DNA from: Archaeoglobus sp. JdFR-37
GTDB taxonomy: Archaea > Halobacteriota > Archaeoglobi > Archaeoglobales > Archaeoglobaceae
NCBI GenBank assembly: GCA_002010215.1
Contig: MTMY01000004.1
Coordinates: 62,001 to 126,000 of the forward strand
DNA length: 64,000 nucleotides
Reading direction: 5' to 3'
The position numbers were made by a program, and so were the translations under genes. This document shows positions 18,981 to 27,647 of the stretch, piece by piece. Positions within the stretch are counted from its first letter, which is position 1. Each line of letters starts with the position of its first letter. The notes below the pieces were generated by a model, which saw only the letters and a list, made by a program, of their open reading frames with translations, did not search any database and had not been told where the DNA came from.

Positions 18981-21032
18981 ATGAATGTTATCAAAACAGC
19001 CTGCGAGCTCTGCGCCTGGAGTTGCGGTATGAATGTTTATGTTGAAGGAGGTAAGATCACCAGAGTCTCCGGCATGAATGAGCACCCCCTCAACAGAGGA
19101 CGCCTGTGTCCAAAAGGCAGTGTGTCAGCAGATTACGTTTACGCGAAGGACAGAATAACCTACCCCATGGTCAGAGAAGGCGATAAATGGCAGAGAATTG
19201 AATGGGATGACGCCATAGACATGGTTGCCGAAAACCTGAAGGAAGTTGCCAAAATAAATCCAAAAGCCTTCGCTACCATAATTGGAATGCCAATTCTGTT
19301 AGGCGGCTCTTCCACTGTCAGCTTCATAAGGCGTTTTATGGACGTTTATGGAACACCAAATTGCTTCTCTCCCGAAAGCATGTGTTACAGACACCAGATA
19401 ATCGGATACATCCTCACTCTCGGGAAATTCCCTGTCGCTGATCCCGAAAATGCAAACTGCATAATCGTCTGGGCTCACAATCCCCACGCTTCAAAACCAC
19501 CTCTGGCATGGATGATTGAGAGAGCAAGAAAGCGGGGAGCCAAGCTGATAGTCATCGACCCAAGAAAGACGAAAGTTGCAGAGATGGCCGACATACACGC
19601 TGCTGTGAGGCCTGGAAGCGACACATATCTCGCCATAGGTCTGATGAAGGTCATAATCGAGGAAGAGCTTTACGACAGGGATTTCGTGGCAAATTACTGC
19701 TACGGCTTTGATAAGCTGAGAGAGCACGTTTCGAAATACAGCCTTGATGAAATAGCCGAAAAAACCTGGGTTGATGTGGAAACCATTACCGAAATCGCCA
19801 GAACCTTCGCAACTGTAAAGCCGGGATGCATCGTTCAGGGTGTTAATGCCCTGGATCAGGTTCCCACGGGAGTTCAGAACTCCAGAGCCGTTGCAATCCT
19901 CCACGCGCTGACAGGGAACATAGACGTTAAGGGTGGCTTCGTCAGGGCTGCAAGAGTCCACACAAGGAACCTCCGCCTGCATCAGCTACTCAAAGATTTG
20001 CCACTTGGCATAGAGCAACACCCCTTCTTCTACCAGGTCTGGGAGACCCACTTGGGGGAAGGGCAGGGAATGTACCTCTACGATGCGGTTCTGGAAGGGG
20101 AGCCCTATCAGATAAAATCCCTCTTTATTGCCGGCTCCAATCCCGTTTTGACCTGGCCTGAATCGGCAAAGATGTTGGAAGTTCTTAAGAAAGTCGAATT
20201 TCTGGTAGTAATGGACATGTTCATGACCGAAACTGCCAAACACGCTGACCTCTTCCTGCCAGCTGCTTCATTCCTGGAAAGGCTGGAGCTGGTTGATTAT
20301 TACAGCGTGATCTTCGGCATCCCTTACATGATGCTTAGGAAGAAGGCGATTGAACCGCCAGGAGAAGCGAAAAGCGACGTTGAGTTCTGGCTGGAGCTTG
20401 CCAGAAAAATGGGCTACAGAGAGTACTTCCCCTGGAAGAGTGTAGATGAGGTTCTGGATTACGTTCTGGAGCCTACAGGTTATACTCTGGATGATTTGAC
20501 CGAGAAATATCCTTCTGGAGTCTGGACGGGGAAGGTCAGATACGGAGAATACAAGGAGAGAGGTTTCAGGACGCCAAGCGGAAAAGTGGAACTTTACTCA
20601 GAGAGCCTGGTAGAAAAGGGTTACGATGCCATACCCACACCAAAAGAGCCCAGCGAGACGCCATATAGCAGTAAAGCCGAGAAATATCCGCTGATACTGA
20701 CAACAGGGGCCAGAAACCTCTACTTCACCCACTCCCAGCTCAGGAATGTGGAGAAAATGCTGAGGCTTCAGCCAGAGGCATATGTGGAAATCCATCCCGA
20801 AACGGCAGAGAGATTTGGGATAAAGGATGGTGAAATCGTCACTGTCAGAACAGAGAGAGGCAGCATAGAGATCAGGGCGAAAGTAACAGATACAATCGTG
20901 CCGGGCGTCATCAACATACCCCATGGCTGGAGCAGCGCTAACGCCAACATCCTGACATCAAGAAGGCCAGCAGATCCCATATCTGGCTGTCCAGAGCTCA
21001 AGGCTTTGCTTGCCAAGAGGGAGGAGAGGTAG
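18981..21032 (+). CDS. Mo/W-bisPGD oxidoreductase (acetylene-hydratase-like group), cytoplasmic
   Basis: CELCAWSC...LCPKG [4Fe-4S]; ESMCY metal-ligand loop; ADLFLPAASFLE; no signal peptide. Confidence 0.93.
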   Translation: MNVIKTACELCAWSCGMNVYVEGGKITRVSGMNEHPLNRGRLCPKGSVSADYVYAKDRITYPMVREGDKWQRIEWDDAIDMVAENLKEVAKINPKAFATIIGMPILLGGSSTVSFIRRFMDVYGTPNCFSPESMCYRHQIIGYILTLGKFPVADPENANCIIVWAHNPHASKPPLAWMIERARKRGAKLIVIDPRKTKVAEMADIHAAVRPGSDTYLAIGLMKVIIEEELYDRDFVANYCYGFDKLREHVSKYSLDEIAEKTWVDVETITEIARTFATVKPGCIVQGVNALDQVPTGVQNSRAVAILHALTGNIDVKGGFVRAARVHTRNLRLHQLLKDLPLGIEQHPFFYQVWETHLGEGQGMYLYDAVLEGEPYQIKSLFIAGSNPVLTWPESAKMLEVLKKVEFLVVMDMFMTETAKHADLFLPAASFLERLELVDYYSVIFGIPYMMLRKKAIEPPGEAKSDVEFWLELARKMGYREYFPWKSVDEVLDYVLEPTGYTLDDLTEKYPSGVWTGKVRYGEYKERGFRTPSGKVELYSESLVEKGYDAIPTPKEPSETPYSSKAEKYPLILTTGARNLYFTHSQLRNVEKMLRLQPEAYVEIHPETAERFGIKDGEIVTVRTERGSIEIRAKVTDTIVPGVINIPHGWSSANANILTSRRPADPISGCPELKALLAKREER

Positions 21033-21071
21033 GAGTGGTGAGGCTGCAGTGGCTGAACACGAGATGATACC

Positions 21072-21722
21072 ATGACCGAAAAATCAGTATACAGCTTCGC
21101 CATCTTCGATTTCGAAGGAACACTTGTGAGCTTTGAGTGGGATATTCCAAGAGCGGTTCGTGAAGCCAAGGAGGTGCTGAAGGAAGCGGGTATAGTTGTA
21201 CCTGAAAATACTCAAAACTATGCCGAACTCTACAATTTTGTATCGATGCATTTCCCAGACTCAATTGGGTTGATAGATGAGATTTACGACACATATGATG
21301 TCCTGGCTCTCAAAAACTGGAAACCTCATGACGATTCCAGATATGTCCTTGAAGCTCTAAGCAATTCAGGTGTTAAGGTTGCTCTAGTCTCAAACGTGGG
21401 AAGTGAAGCTCTTCATGCAGCCCTCAAAAAGTTTAGTTTGGAACACTTTTTATGCGTGGTTTCGAGAAATGACGTGAGACTCCTGAAGCCTGATACAGAG
21501 GGCTTGAGGAAAGCTATGAACATCATGGGAGCTGAAGGACACGAAACCCTCTTTATTGGTGACAGCATCGCAGACGTAATGGCGGCGATAAAAGCAGGAA
21601 TAGATGTAGCAGTTCTTCAGGGGGAGAACAGTATCGATGAGCTTAAAAAAGCAGGCTCCACCTACATCCTAGAAAAACTCTCTGATGTCCTCTCTCTTTT
21701 CTCCTCGCCCCAAGATGTGTAG
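21072..21722 (+). CDS. HAD-family phosphatase (Gph-like)
   Basis: FDFEGTL, VSN, KPD, IGDS.AD motifs. Confidence 0.88.
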   Translation: MTEKSVYSFAIFDFEGTLVSFEWDIPRAVREAKEVLKEAGIVVPENTQNYAELYNFVSMHFPDSIGLIDEIYDTYDVLALKNWKPHDDSRYVLEALSNSGVKVALVSNVGSEALHAALKKFSLEHFLCVVSRNDVRLLKPDTEGLRKAMNIMGAEGHETLFIGDSIADVMAAIKAGIDVAVLQGENSIDELKKAGSTYILEKLSDVLSLFSSPQDV

Positions 21723-22255
21723 AGGTCGTGTTCGATGTCGAAAAAGTCCAGAATCCTGCCCACAGTGTGGTTCACTATATCATCAATGCTTTTCGGCCTG
21801 CTGTAGAAAGCCGGTACAGGGGGGAAGATTACAGCCCCGAGCTCTGCCAGCCGCGTCAGTGTTGAAAGGTGTCCGAGGTGGAGTGGCGTCTCCCTTACGG
21901 CAAGAACAAGCCTTCTCTTCTCCTTAAGAGTCACATCTGCAGCTCTCACTATCAGATTAGATGCTATGCTGTAGGCAATGCTTGAGGCGGTTTTGATTGA
22001 GCAGGGGATGATTACCATGCCATCGTGCTTGAAGGAGCCGCTGGCTATGGCTGCACCGACATCAGCGTAATCATAAACGTAATCTGCAAGCATCTTCACG
22101 TCCTCAACGCTGTAATCAGTTTCAATCTCAATATTCTTCTCGGCTGCCGGCGAAATGACTAAGTGCACTTCCACCTCAGATTCATTCAGAACCTCAAGCA
22201 TCCTGACTCCGTAAATCTGGCCTGAAGCTCCGGTTAAAGCTACAACAAGTCTCAT
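21662..22255 (-). CDS. ubiX: Flavin prenyltransferase
   Basis: ALTGASG, IASGSF, PCS, RAADVTLKE.R.LVL..RETP, PPVPAFY. Confidence 0.96.
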   Translation of the reverse strand: MRLVVALTGASGQIYGVRMLEVLNESEVEVHLVISPAAEKNIEIETDYSVEDVKMLADYVYDYADVGAAIASGSFKHDGMVIIPCSIKTASSIAYSIASNLIVRAADVTLKEKRRLVLAVRETPLHLGHLSTLTRLAELGAVIFPPVPAFYSRPKSIDDIVNHTVGRILDFFDIEHDLYTSWGEEKRERTSESFSRM

Positions 22256-23808
22256 ACAATCCCCATCCTTTCTCTTTCCCTCAACTTGTATCTCTGAATC
22301 TTGCCCGTTGCTGTTTTGGGAAGCTCATCCACAAAAATCCATTTTTCAGGAATCTCATAGCCCTTCAAACCCTCCTGCCTCATCATATCTTTCACTTCCT
22401 TAATAAAGGTCTCCCGGTCGTAATCGCCAATGTTCACGTAGGCGGAAACGATCTCTATCCTCTCATCACTGAATCCCTGAACAACGGCGCACTCAACCAC
22501 AGCAGGATGCCTGGCCATTACAGACTCGATTTTTATTGGTGAGACCCACAGTCCCCTCGTTTTGATGAGGTCATCCGCCCTTCCGACGTACCTGTAATAC
22601 CCGCCTTCCCTGATCATAACATCTCCCGTGTAGTACCACTCCCCCAAGAATGTTTTCTTGGTTTCTTCATGCTTTTCCCAGTAAAAGGGGGATACTGACT
22701 CTCCTTTTATGTATACCCTGCCAGGTTTTCCGTCGGGAACGTCATTCCCCTCTTCATCAACAAGCCTTATCTCCCACCCCGGCAGAGCAACACCGGTGTA
22801 TCCCGGCCTCACTTTTCCCGGATAACTCCCAATGAATGCACCACAGACCTCTGTTGAGCCTATATGCTCAACAATCTCAGCTCCAAACCTTTCCCTGAAC
22901 CTCCTCCAGATTCCAGCAGGGAGCGGTTCTCCTGCACTCACCGCAAGCCTCAGACCACTGTAGGTTTCTTCAAGTTTGGTGAGCCTGCTGTAAAAGTTTG
23001 GAACGGTGTAAAGCACGGTAACACCGTATTTCCTCATTATCTCAACGGCTCGTTCTGGCTCCACCCTTTCAGGATCGACAATGGTTGTGGCACCGCAGTA
23101 AATCGTACCACATCCCGCACCGTTGAGACCAAAGGCAAAGAAGAGTTTGCTGACGGAATAGCATACATCCTTATCGCTAATCCCGAGAACTCTTTTGTGG
23201 TATCCCTCGGCAACGTAGAGCAGGTCGTGCTGGAGGTGCACCACACCCTTCGGCTTCCCGGTGGTTCCTGAGCTATAAAGCCAGAAGGCCATTGCGTCTC
23301 TGCTGAGCTTTACAGCATCAAATTCCTGAGAGTAATCTGAGAGCATCTCCCTGAACTCCTTGACTCCCAGATACCCTTTTAAAAACTTTGAAGTTGCAGG
23401 AAAGCTGTCCATGAAATGTTCTCCAACAATGGCAAATTTCGCTCTGGAATCTTCTAGGAAGTACCGGTAATCTTCCCTGCTGAGATAGGTGTTAACGGGA
23501 ACGGGTATCGCTCCCAGTTTTATTGCACCATAAAAGGCAATGTAAAATTCAATGGAATCGGGCAGAATCAGTAGAATTCTGTCGTCATGAGATATACCAT
23601 GATTCATGAAGAGATTTGCCGCCCTGTTGGTCTCCATTCTGAGTTCTTCAAATGTTATGCTCTCCTCCTTAATCCCCATTTTCTCACTGCCTACACAGGT
23701 TACGGCTGTCTTATTTCCAAACTTCTCTGCGCTACCGTCTATTATAGCCTCACCAAAATTAAAGGTCTCGGGTATGTCCAGCTTCAGTTCCTCACCTCTG
23801 TCGATCAT
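22252..23808 (-). CDS. Benzoate-CoA-ligase-family aromatic acid-CoA ligase (candidate 4-hydroxybenzoate-CoA ligase)
   Basis: WLYSSGTTGKPKGVVH, KLFFAFGL, SAGEPLP, LPKTATGKIQR; start 23808 follows a GGTGA RBS. Confidence 0.9.
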   Translation of the reverse strand: MIDRGEELKLDIPETFNFGEAIIDGSAEKFGNKTAVTCVGSEKMGIKEESITFEELRMETNRAANLFMNHGISHDDRILLILPDSIEFYIAFYGAIKLGAIPVPVNTYLSREDYRYFLEDSRAKFAIVGEHFMDSFPATSKFLKGYLGVKEFREMLSDYSQEFDAVKLSRDAMAFWLYSSGTTGKPKGVVHLQHDLLYVAEGYHKRVLGISDKDVCYSVSKLFFAFGLNGAGCGTIYCGATTIVDPERVEPERAVEIMRKYGVTVLYTVPNFYSRLTKLEETYSGLRLAVSAGEPLPAGIWRRFRERFGAEIVEHIGSTEVCGAFIGSYPGKVRPGYTGVALPGWEIRLVDEEGNDVPDGKPGRVYIKGESVSPFYWEKHEETKKTFLGEWYYTGDVMIREGGYYRYVGRADDLIKTRGLWVSPIKIESVMARHPAVVECAVVQGFSDERIEIVSAYVNIGDYDRETFIKEVKDMMRQEGLKGYEIPEKWIFVDELPKTATGKIQRYKLRERERMGIV

Positions 23809-23883
23809 TCCATCACCTTTTATCATTAATTTTTCAGTGATGTGATTTATTAGATTTTGTAACCAGTGGAGATATGGAACTCA

Positions 23884-24579
23884 TTACAGAATATCCAAAA
23901 GCTGCCTGAAGTCTGTTATCACGTGGTCAGCTATTTCGGATGGCTTCTCCTTTGCTGCATAGTGAACTGTTACGAAACCGTATTTTCTGGCCATTTCGAT
24001 GTCCTTAACAGGATGATCTCCGACAATTACCGCTTCAGAAATGGATATGCCCTGGCTTTCCAACTCCTCCTTCAGTTTTTCAAAAATGCTGCCGTCTTCT
24101 TTGGATGTTCCCTTGAAGCTGTCATCAATTTGGCCATCTTCTCTGAGGACTCCTTCGGGAGAATATATGTTGGCAAAGAAGTTTCTAAGGTTGTAATTGT
24201 TGAGGAAGTTCACAATTGTGCCGAGTGCTGCCATGTCTGAAACCACGTCTATTCTGTATTTCCTGGATTTGAGGTGCTTGAGAGCCTCATAAATTCCGTC
24301 AGCCGGCTTCAGAAGCTTCTGTTCCACCTCGTAATATTTCCTGATCAGGCACTGGTTTTTTTCCAGAACCTTTTCCTCCACCTCATGCCTTCCCTTCTCG
24401 TGCAGCCTTCTAAAGTCCCCGTACTTTTTTATCAGTTCCCTATATAGATTCACCTTTTCCTCGATAACGCCAGGCCTGTCCTTCTCCTCATCAATGAAAA
24501 CCACTGCCATCCAGTACTCCACCTTTCTATTTCTTGAATCCATTATGCACTGGCCGTAGTCGAAGCCCACCCACTTCAT
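23884..24579 (-). CDS. HAD-family hydrolase (candidate phosphatase partner of the carboxylase)
   Basis: GFDYGQC, VVSD, VGDHPVKD.EMA..G; directly downstream of the UbiD gene. Confidence 0.82.
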   Translation of the reverse strand: MKWVGFDYGQCIMDSRNRKVEYWMAVVFIDEEKDRPGVIEEKVNLYRELIKKYGDFRRLHEKGRHEVEEKVLEKNQCLIRKYYEVEQKLLKPADGIYEALKHLKSRKYRIDVVSDMAALGTIVNFLNNYNLRNFFANIYSPEGVLREDGQIDDSFKGTSKEDGSIFEKLKEELESQGISISEAVIVGDHPVKDIEMARKYGFVTVHYAAKEKPSEIADHVITDFRQLLDIL

Positions 24580-24609
24580 TCTCTCACCTTGGCTCAATCA
24601 GCGCGACCA

Positions 24610-26076
24610 TCAGATGGAGAAATTCAGTCCAAACTCGCCCCACCTTTGCTTTATTTTCTCCAGAATCTCTTTATCAAGCTCTATAACTGTCGGTTTCCTC
24701 TGCCACTCATAAGGTGTTGTTGCATCCATGAGTATTCTGGAAACCAGTAGTCTGTGGTCGTAGTAATCAGTGTGAGCTGGCAGAGAGGGGTCGAGGGGTG
24801 TTGAGCGGCCTTTCTTTATTATCTCTGTATCCTCCACTGGGTTGTATCTCGTTGACAGAGCCCACCAGACTCTGGGCAAATCATCAGCTCTTATGTCCTC
24901 ATCAACTACTATCACTCCCTTCATCCCGTAATTCCCCAGGACTGTGGCAAAGGCCGCAAGCCCGGCATGCCTGCCGTGCCCCGGATACATCTGCTTGATG
25001 GAAATGACTGCCCAGAACCTTCCCGTGCTCTCAGGTAGAATATAGACTGACTGGATGCCTGGAACGCCCATACGCTGCAATTGCGTCCAGAGCTCAGCCG
25101 TTCTGTTTATGGACTGAACCATGTGGGTGTCCGTTACCGGTCTTCCAACGGTGGTTGACCAGAATATAGGGTTGTTTCTGTAAAGAACTCTCTCCACCTT
25201 CAGCCAGGGCTTTGGAAACTCCTCTTGAGCTTTGCCCGAATAATAGCCAGTGTACTCCCCAAAAGGACCCTCAGGTCTGAAATTCTCGGGGTTTGGATCA
25301 ACATAGCCTTCGGCAACGATCTCTGCGTTGGCCGGAATTGGTAAGCCAGTTAAATCGCTCTGTATAATTTCAACCGGTTCGCCCTGCAAAGCACCCATAA
25401 CCTCATATTCGCTTGTTCCGTAGGGGACCAAGGTACTCCCAACAAGGAAGCCAAGGGGTGGTCCGCCAATGACTGCTGTTGCTGGCATGGGCTCCCCTAT
25501 TTCACGATATTTGTTCAGCATCACCTCAGCATCCTTTCCCTTCAGGAGTTGCAGGCCCAAGCTCTTATCATCAAGAATCTGCATTCTGTAAACACCACAG
25601 TTGACGAAATCCGTTTCTGGATCTCTTGTAACCAAGTAAGCTGTTGTTCCAAAATATCTTCCACCGTCTTGAGGATAGAATTTCGGTACAGGGAATGCAG
25701 AGAGGTTGACGTCGTCACCTTCCATTTTATTCTCTAGAATGGGTCCATCTCCTACTTTTTTCGGCTTTATCAGTCCTCCTTTTGTTACCCTCTCCATCCA
25801 TTCCCTTGCAATGTCCATTATTCCTGCACTTCTCTCCATTCCGAGAGCAATTGCTACTCTTGAAGTCTTGGTATAGGCACTGGTTAACACAGAAGTCCTG
25901 TGCCCTTTCACATTCTCAAAGAGAAGGGCCGGACCGCTTCGCTCCTCGTTGAGCTTGGCTATGTGTGAAAGTTCAAGATTCCAGTCAACTTCGGCCGTTA
26001 TCCTCTTGAGTTCGCCTTCTTTCTCACATATTTCTATAAATTCCCTCATGTCCTTCGGAATTGGGTATTCCGACAT
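24610..26076 (-). CDS. ppcB: UbiD-family (de)carboxylase, phenylphosphate carboxylase beta-subunit type
   Basis: EVDWNLELSH, DGGRY, YRMQ, EGPFGEYTGYY, GRPVTD.HM, PESTGRFW, YGMKGVI.VDEDI.ADDL.RV.WALS, GRSTPLDP all match the Thauera PpcB pattern as recalled. Confidence 0.9.
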   Translation of the reverse strand: MSEYPIPKDMREFIEICEKEGELKRITAEVDWNLELSHIAKLNEERSGPALLFENVKGHRTSVLTSAYTKTSRVAIALGMERSAGIMDIAREWMERVTKGGLIKPKKVGDGPILENKMEGDDVNLSAFPVPKFYPQDGGRYFGTTAYLVTRDPETDFVNCGVYRMQILDDKSLGLQLLKGKDAEVMLNKYREIGEPMPATAVIGGPPLGFLVGSTLVPYGTSEYEVMGALQGEPVEIIQSDLTGLPIPANAEIVAEGYVDPNPENFRPEGPFGEYTGYYSGKAQEEFPKPWLKVERVLYRNNPIFWSTTVGRPVTDTHMVQSINRTAELWTQLQRMGVPGIQSVYILPESTGRFWAVISIKQMYPGHGRHAGLAAFATVLGNYGMKGVIVVDEDIRADDLPRVWWALSTRYNPVEDTEIIKKGRSTPLDPSLPAHTDYYDHRLLVSRILMDATTPYEWQRKPTVIELDKEILEKIKQRWGEFGLNFSI

Positions 26077-26235
26077 TTTATCACCGGAATTCGGTAATGA
26101 AAAATCATTGATATACCTTTGTCAAATTATTTGTTTTACGTGTTTTTGAAAACGACATTTAAATTGAGTTTGAACAGATTAACGGGCTTCAGAGAAAAGT
26201 TTAAGTAAGGAGATAATTTTTAATAATTCTCAATC

Positions 26236-27006
26236 ATGATGAAAGTTCCTGAAAGGATAGCTGAGATCTTGGGGAACTTGGGACTTGCAAAACCGGAGGT
26301 AAACCTCTACGTATACCTTCTACGAAGGCCAGGCGTTACAGTAAGTCAGATTGCAAAGGATGTGGGGCTTACTAGGCAGCGAGTTTACGATTTGCTGGAG
26401 GAGATGAGTAAGAGGGGTATTGTCTATTTCTCCAGCCAGAAACCCCGCACATACTTCCCTGTCTCACCTGAGATTGCAACATCCATACTGATAAGGGAGA
26501 AGGAGAGGGAGTTTTATCACGCTTTGAAACTCAGGGAGGAATTCATCAATCTGGCGAGAAGTGCACATCTAATGAAGGGTGACGGCAGCAACGCTCTATC
26601 CCTTGAAATTACTGGTAGAAGGGCAATTATAAACACCCTGAAGAAATTTGTTGGTGAGGCCAAAAAAGAGCTCATGGTTTTTGCAACGAGAAATGAAGCT
26701 ATAAGGCTTGTTTACGAGCTTAAGGCAGAACTGGATGACGTGAAGGCTTCAGGCGCCAGGATATACGTAATCGCACCCCTCAAAGATGTTCCAGCCGAGA
26801 TAGCGGAAATCCTCAAGAAACTTGCTGAATGCAGAGAGGGCGAGGCACCTGGCAGGATGTACATCAGAGACGGGAAAGAAGCAATACTGATGCCGTCTGA
26901 GGGCAGTTTGAGGGAGAGAAGCCGTTATGATTGTGCCCTGCTTGTCTCAAACCGCGATATAGTTGCCGTGCTTCGCAGCCTTTTTGTGGCCAGATTCGGC
27001 ATTTAG
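26236..27006 (+). CDS. TrmB-family transcriptional regulator
   Basis: LGLAKPEVNLYVYLL, RQRVYDLL, PRTYFPVSPE; C-terminal PLD-like effector domain. Confidence 0.9.
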   Translation: MMKVPERIAEILGNLGLAKPEVNLYVYLLRRPGVTVSQIAKDVGLTRQRVYDLLEEMSKRGIVYFSSQKPRTYFPVSPEIATSILIREKEREFYHALKLREEFINLARSAHLMKGDGSNALSLEITGRRAIINTLKKFVGEAKKELMVFATRNEAIRLVYELKAELDDVKASGARIYVIAPLKDVPAEIAEILKKLAECREGEAPGRMYIRDGKEAILMPSEGSLRERSRYDCALLVSNRDIVAVLRSLFVARFGI

Positions 27007-27064
27007 GCTGGAGTGTAGAAGGATTGTAAGGCGAAAATGCAGTGATAATGAAAAGTAAATTAAA

Positions 27065-27511
27065 TCACGGTAAATCATCCAAACTATTATAAACGAATTC
27101 TCTCACCCTTGCTGATTCAAGCAAAAATTCTGACTGGAAGACATCTTCATCCGCTTCATCTACCCTTATCCACCTGACTTCCTCCACGTCATCTCCCGGC
27201 TTTGCATTCCCACCCTTCAGTCTGCATGCAAAGACTATATGAAGGGTCCGCTGCGGAGGAATCCCGCTTTCCTCTGGCCAGATCAAAAATTTAGGAACCA
27301 CATCTATTATTTCAACAGCCTCAACAATATATCCCGTCTCCTCTTCTATCTCCCTTTCAACAGCTCCCCAGGGCGATTCACCATATTCAAGCCTTCCTCC
27401 AGGAAAATGCCACTTTCCCTGAAGTGGATGGGGGTCGTCTCTTCTTTTCAACCCTATCAGCAGCTTACCTTCATGCTTCACGATTCCCCTAACAATCACC
27501 TCAAACTGCAT
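27065..27511 (-). CDS. Nudix hydrolase
   Basis: Nudix box GGRLEYGESPWGAVEREIEEETG; start at MQFEV (27511). Confidence 0.92.
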   Translation of the reverse strand: MQFEVIVRGIVKHEGKLLIGLKRRDDPHPLQGKWHFPGGRLEYGESPWGAVEREIEEETGYIVEAVEIIDVVPKFLIWPEESGIPPQRTLHIVFACRLKGGNAKPGDDVEEVRWIRVDEADEDVFQSEFLLESARVREFVYNSLDDLP

Positions 27512-27647
27512 ATTTACACCCTGCAAAGTTCTGTGAGTAATGATTAATAATTTATTATTTTCAATGCTACAGCTTGACAAACTCATAAATATAACGAATG
27601 ATAATGGCAAATCGAAATTGTTTGGAGCTTTGTTTTTGGGTGATAGA

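Noticed and set aside
18981..21032. Acetylene hydratase or formate dehydrogenase
   Set aside because: It lacks the catalytic Asp in the Fe-S motif and the Fdh C/U-H motif.
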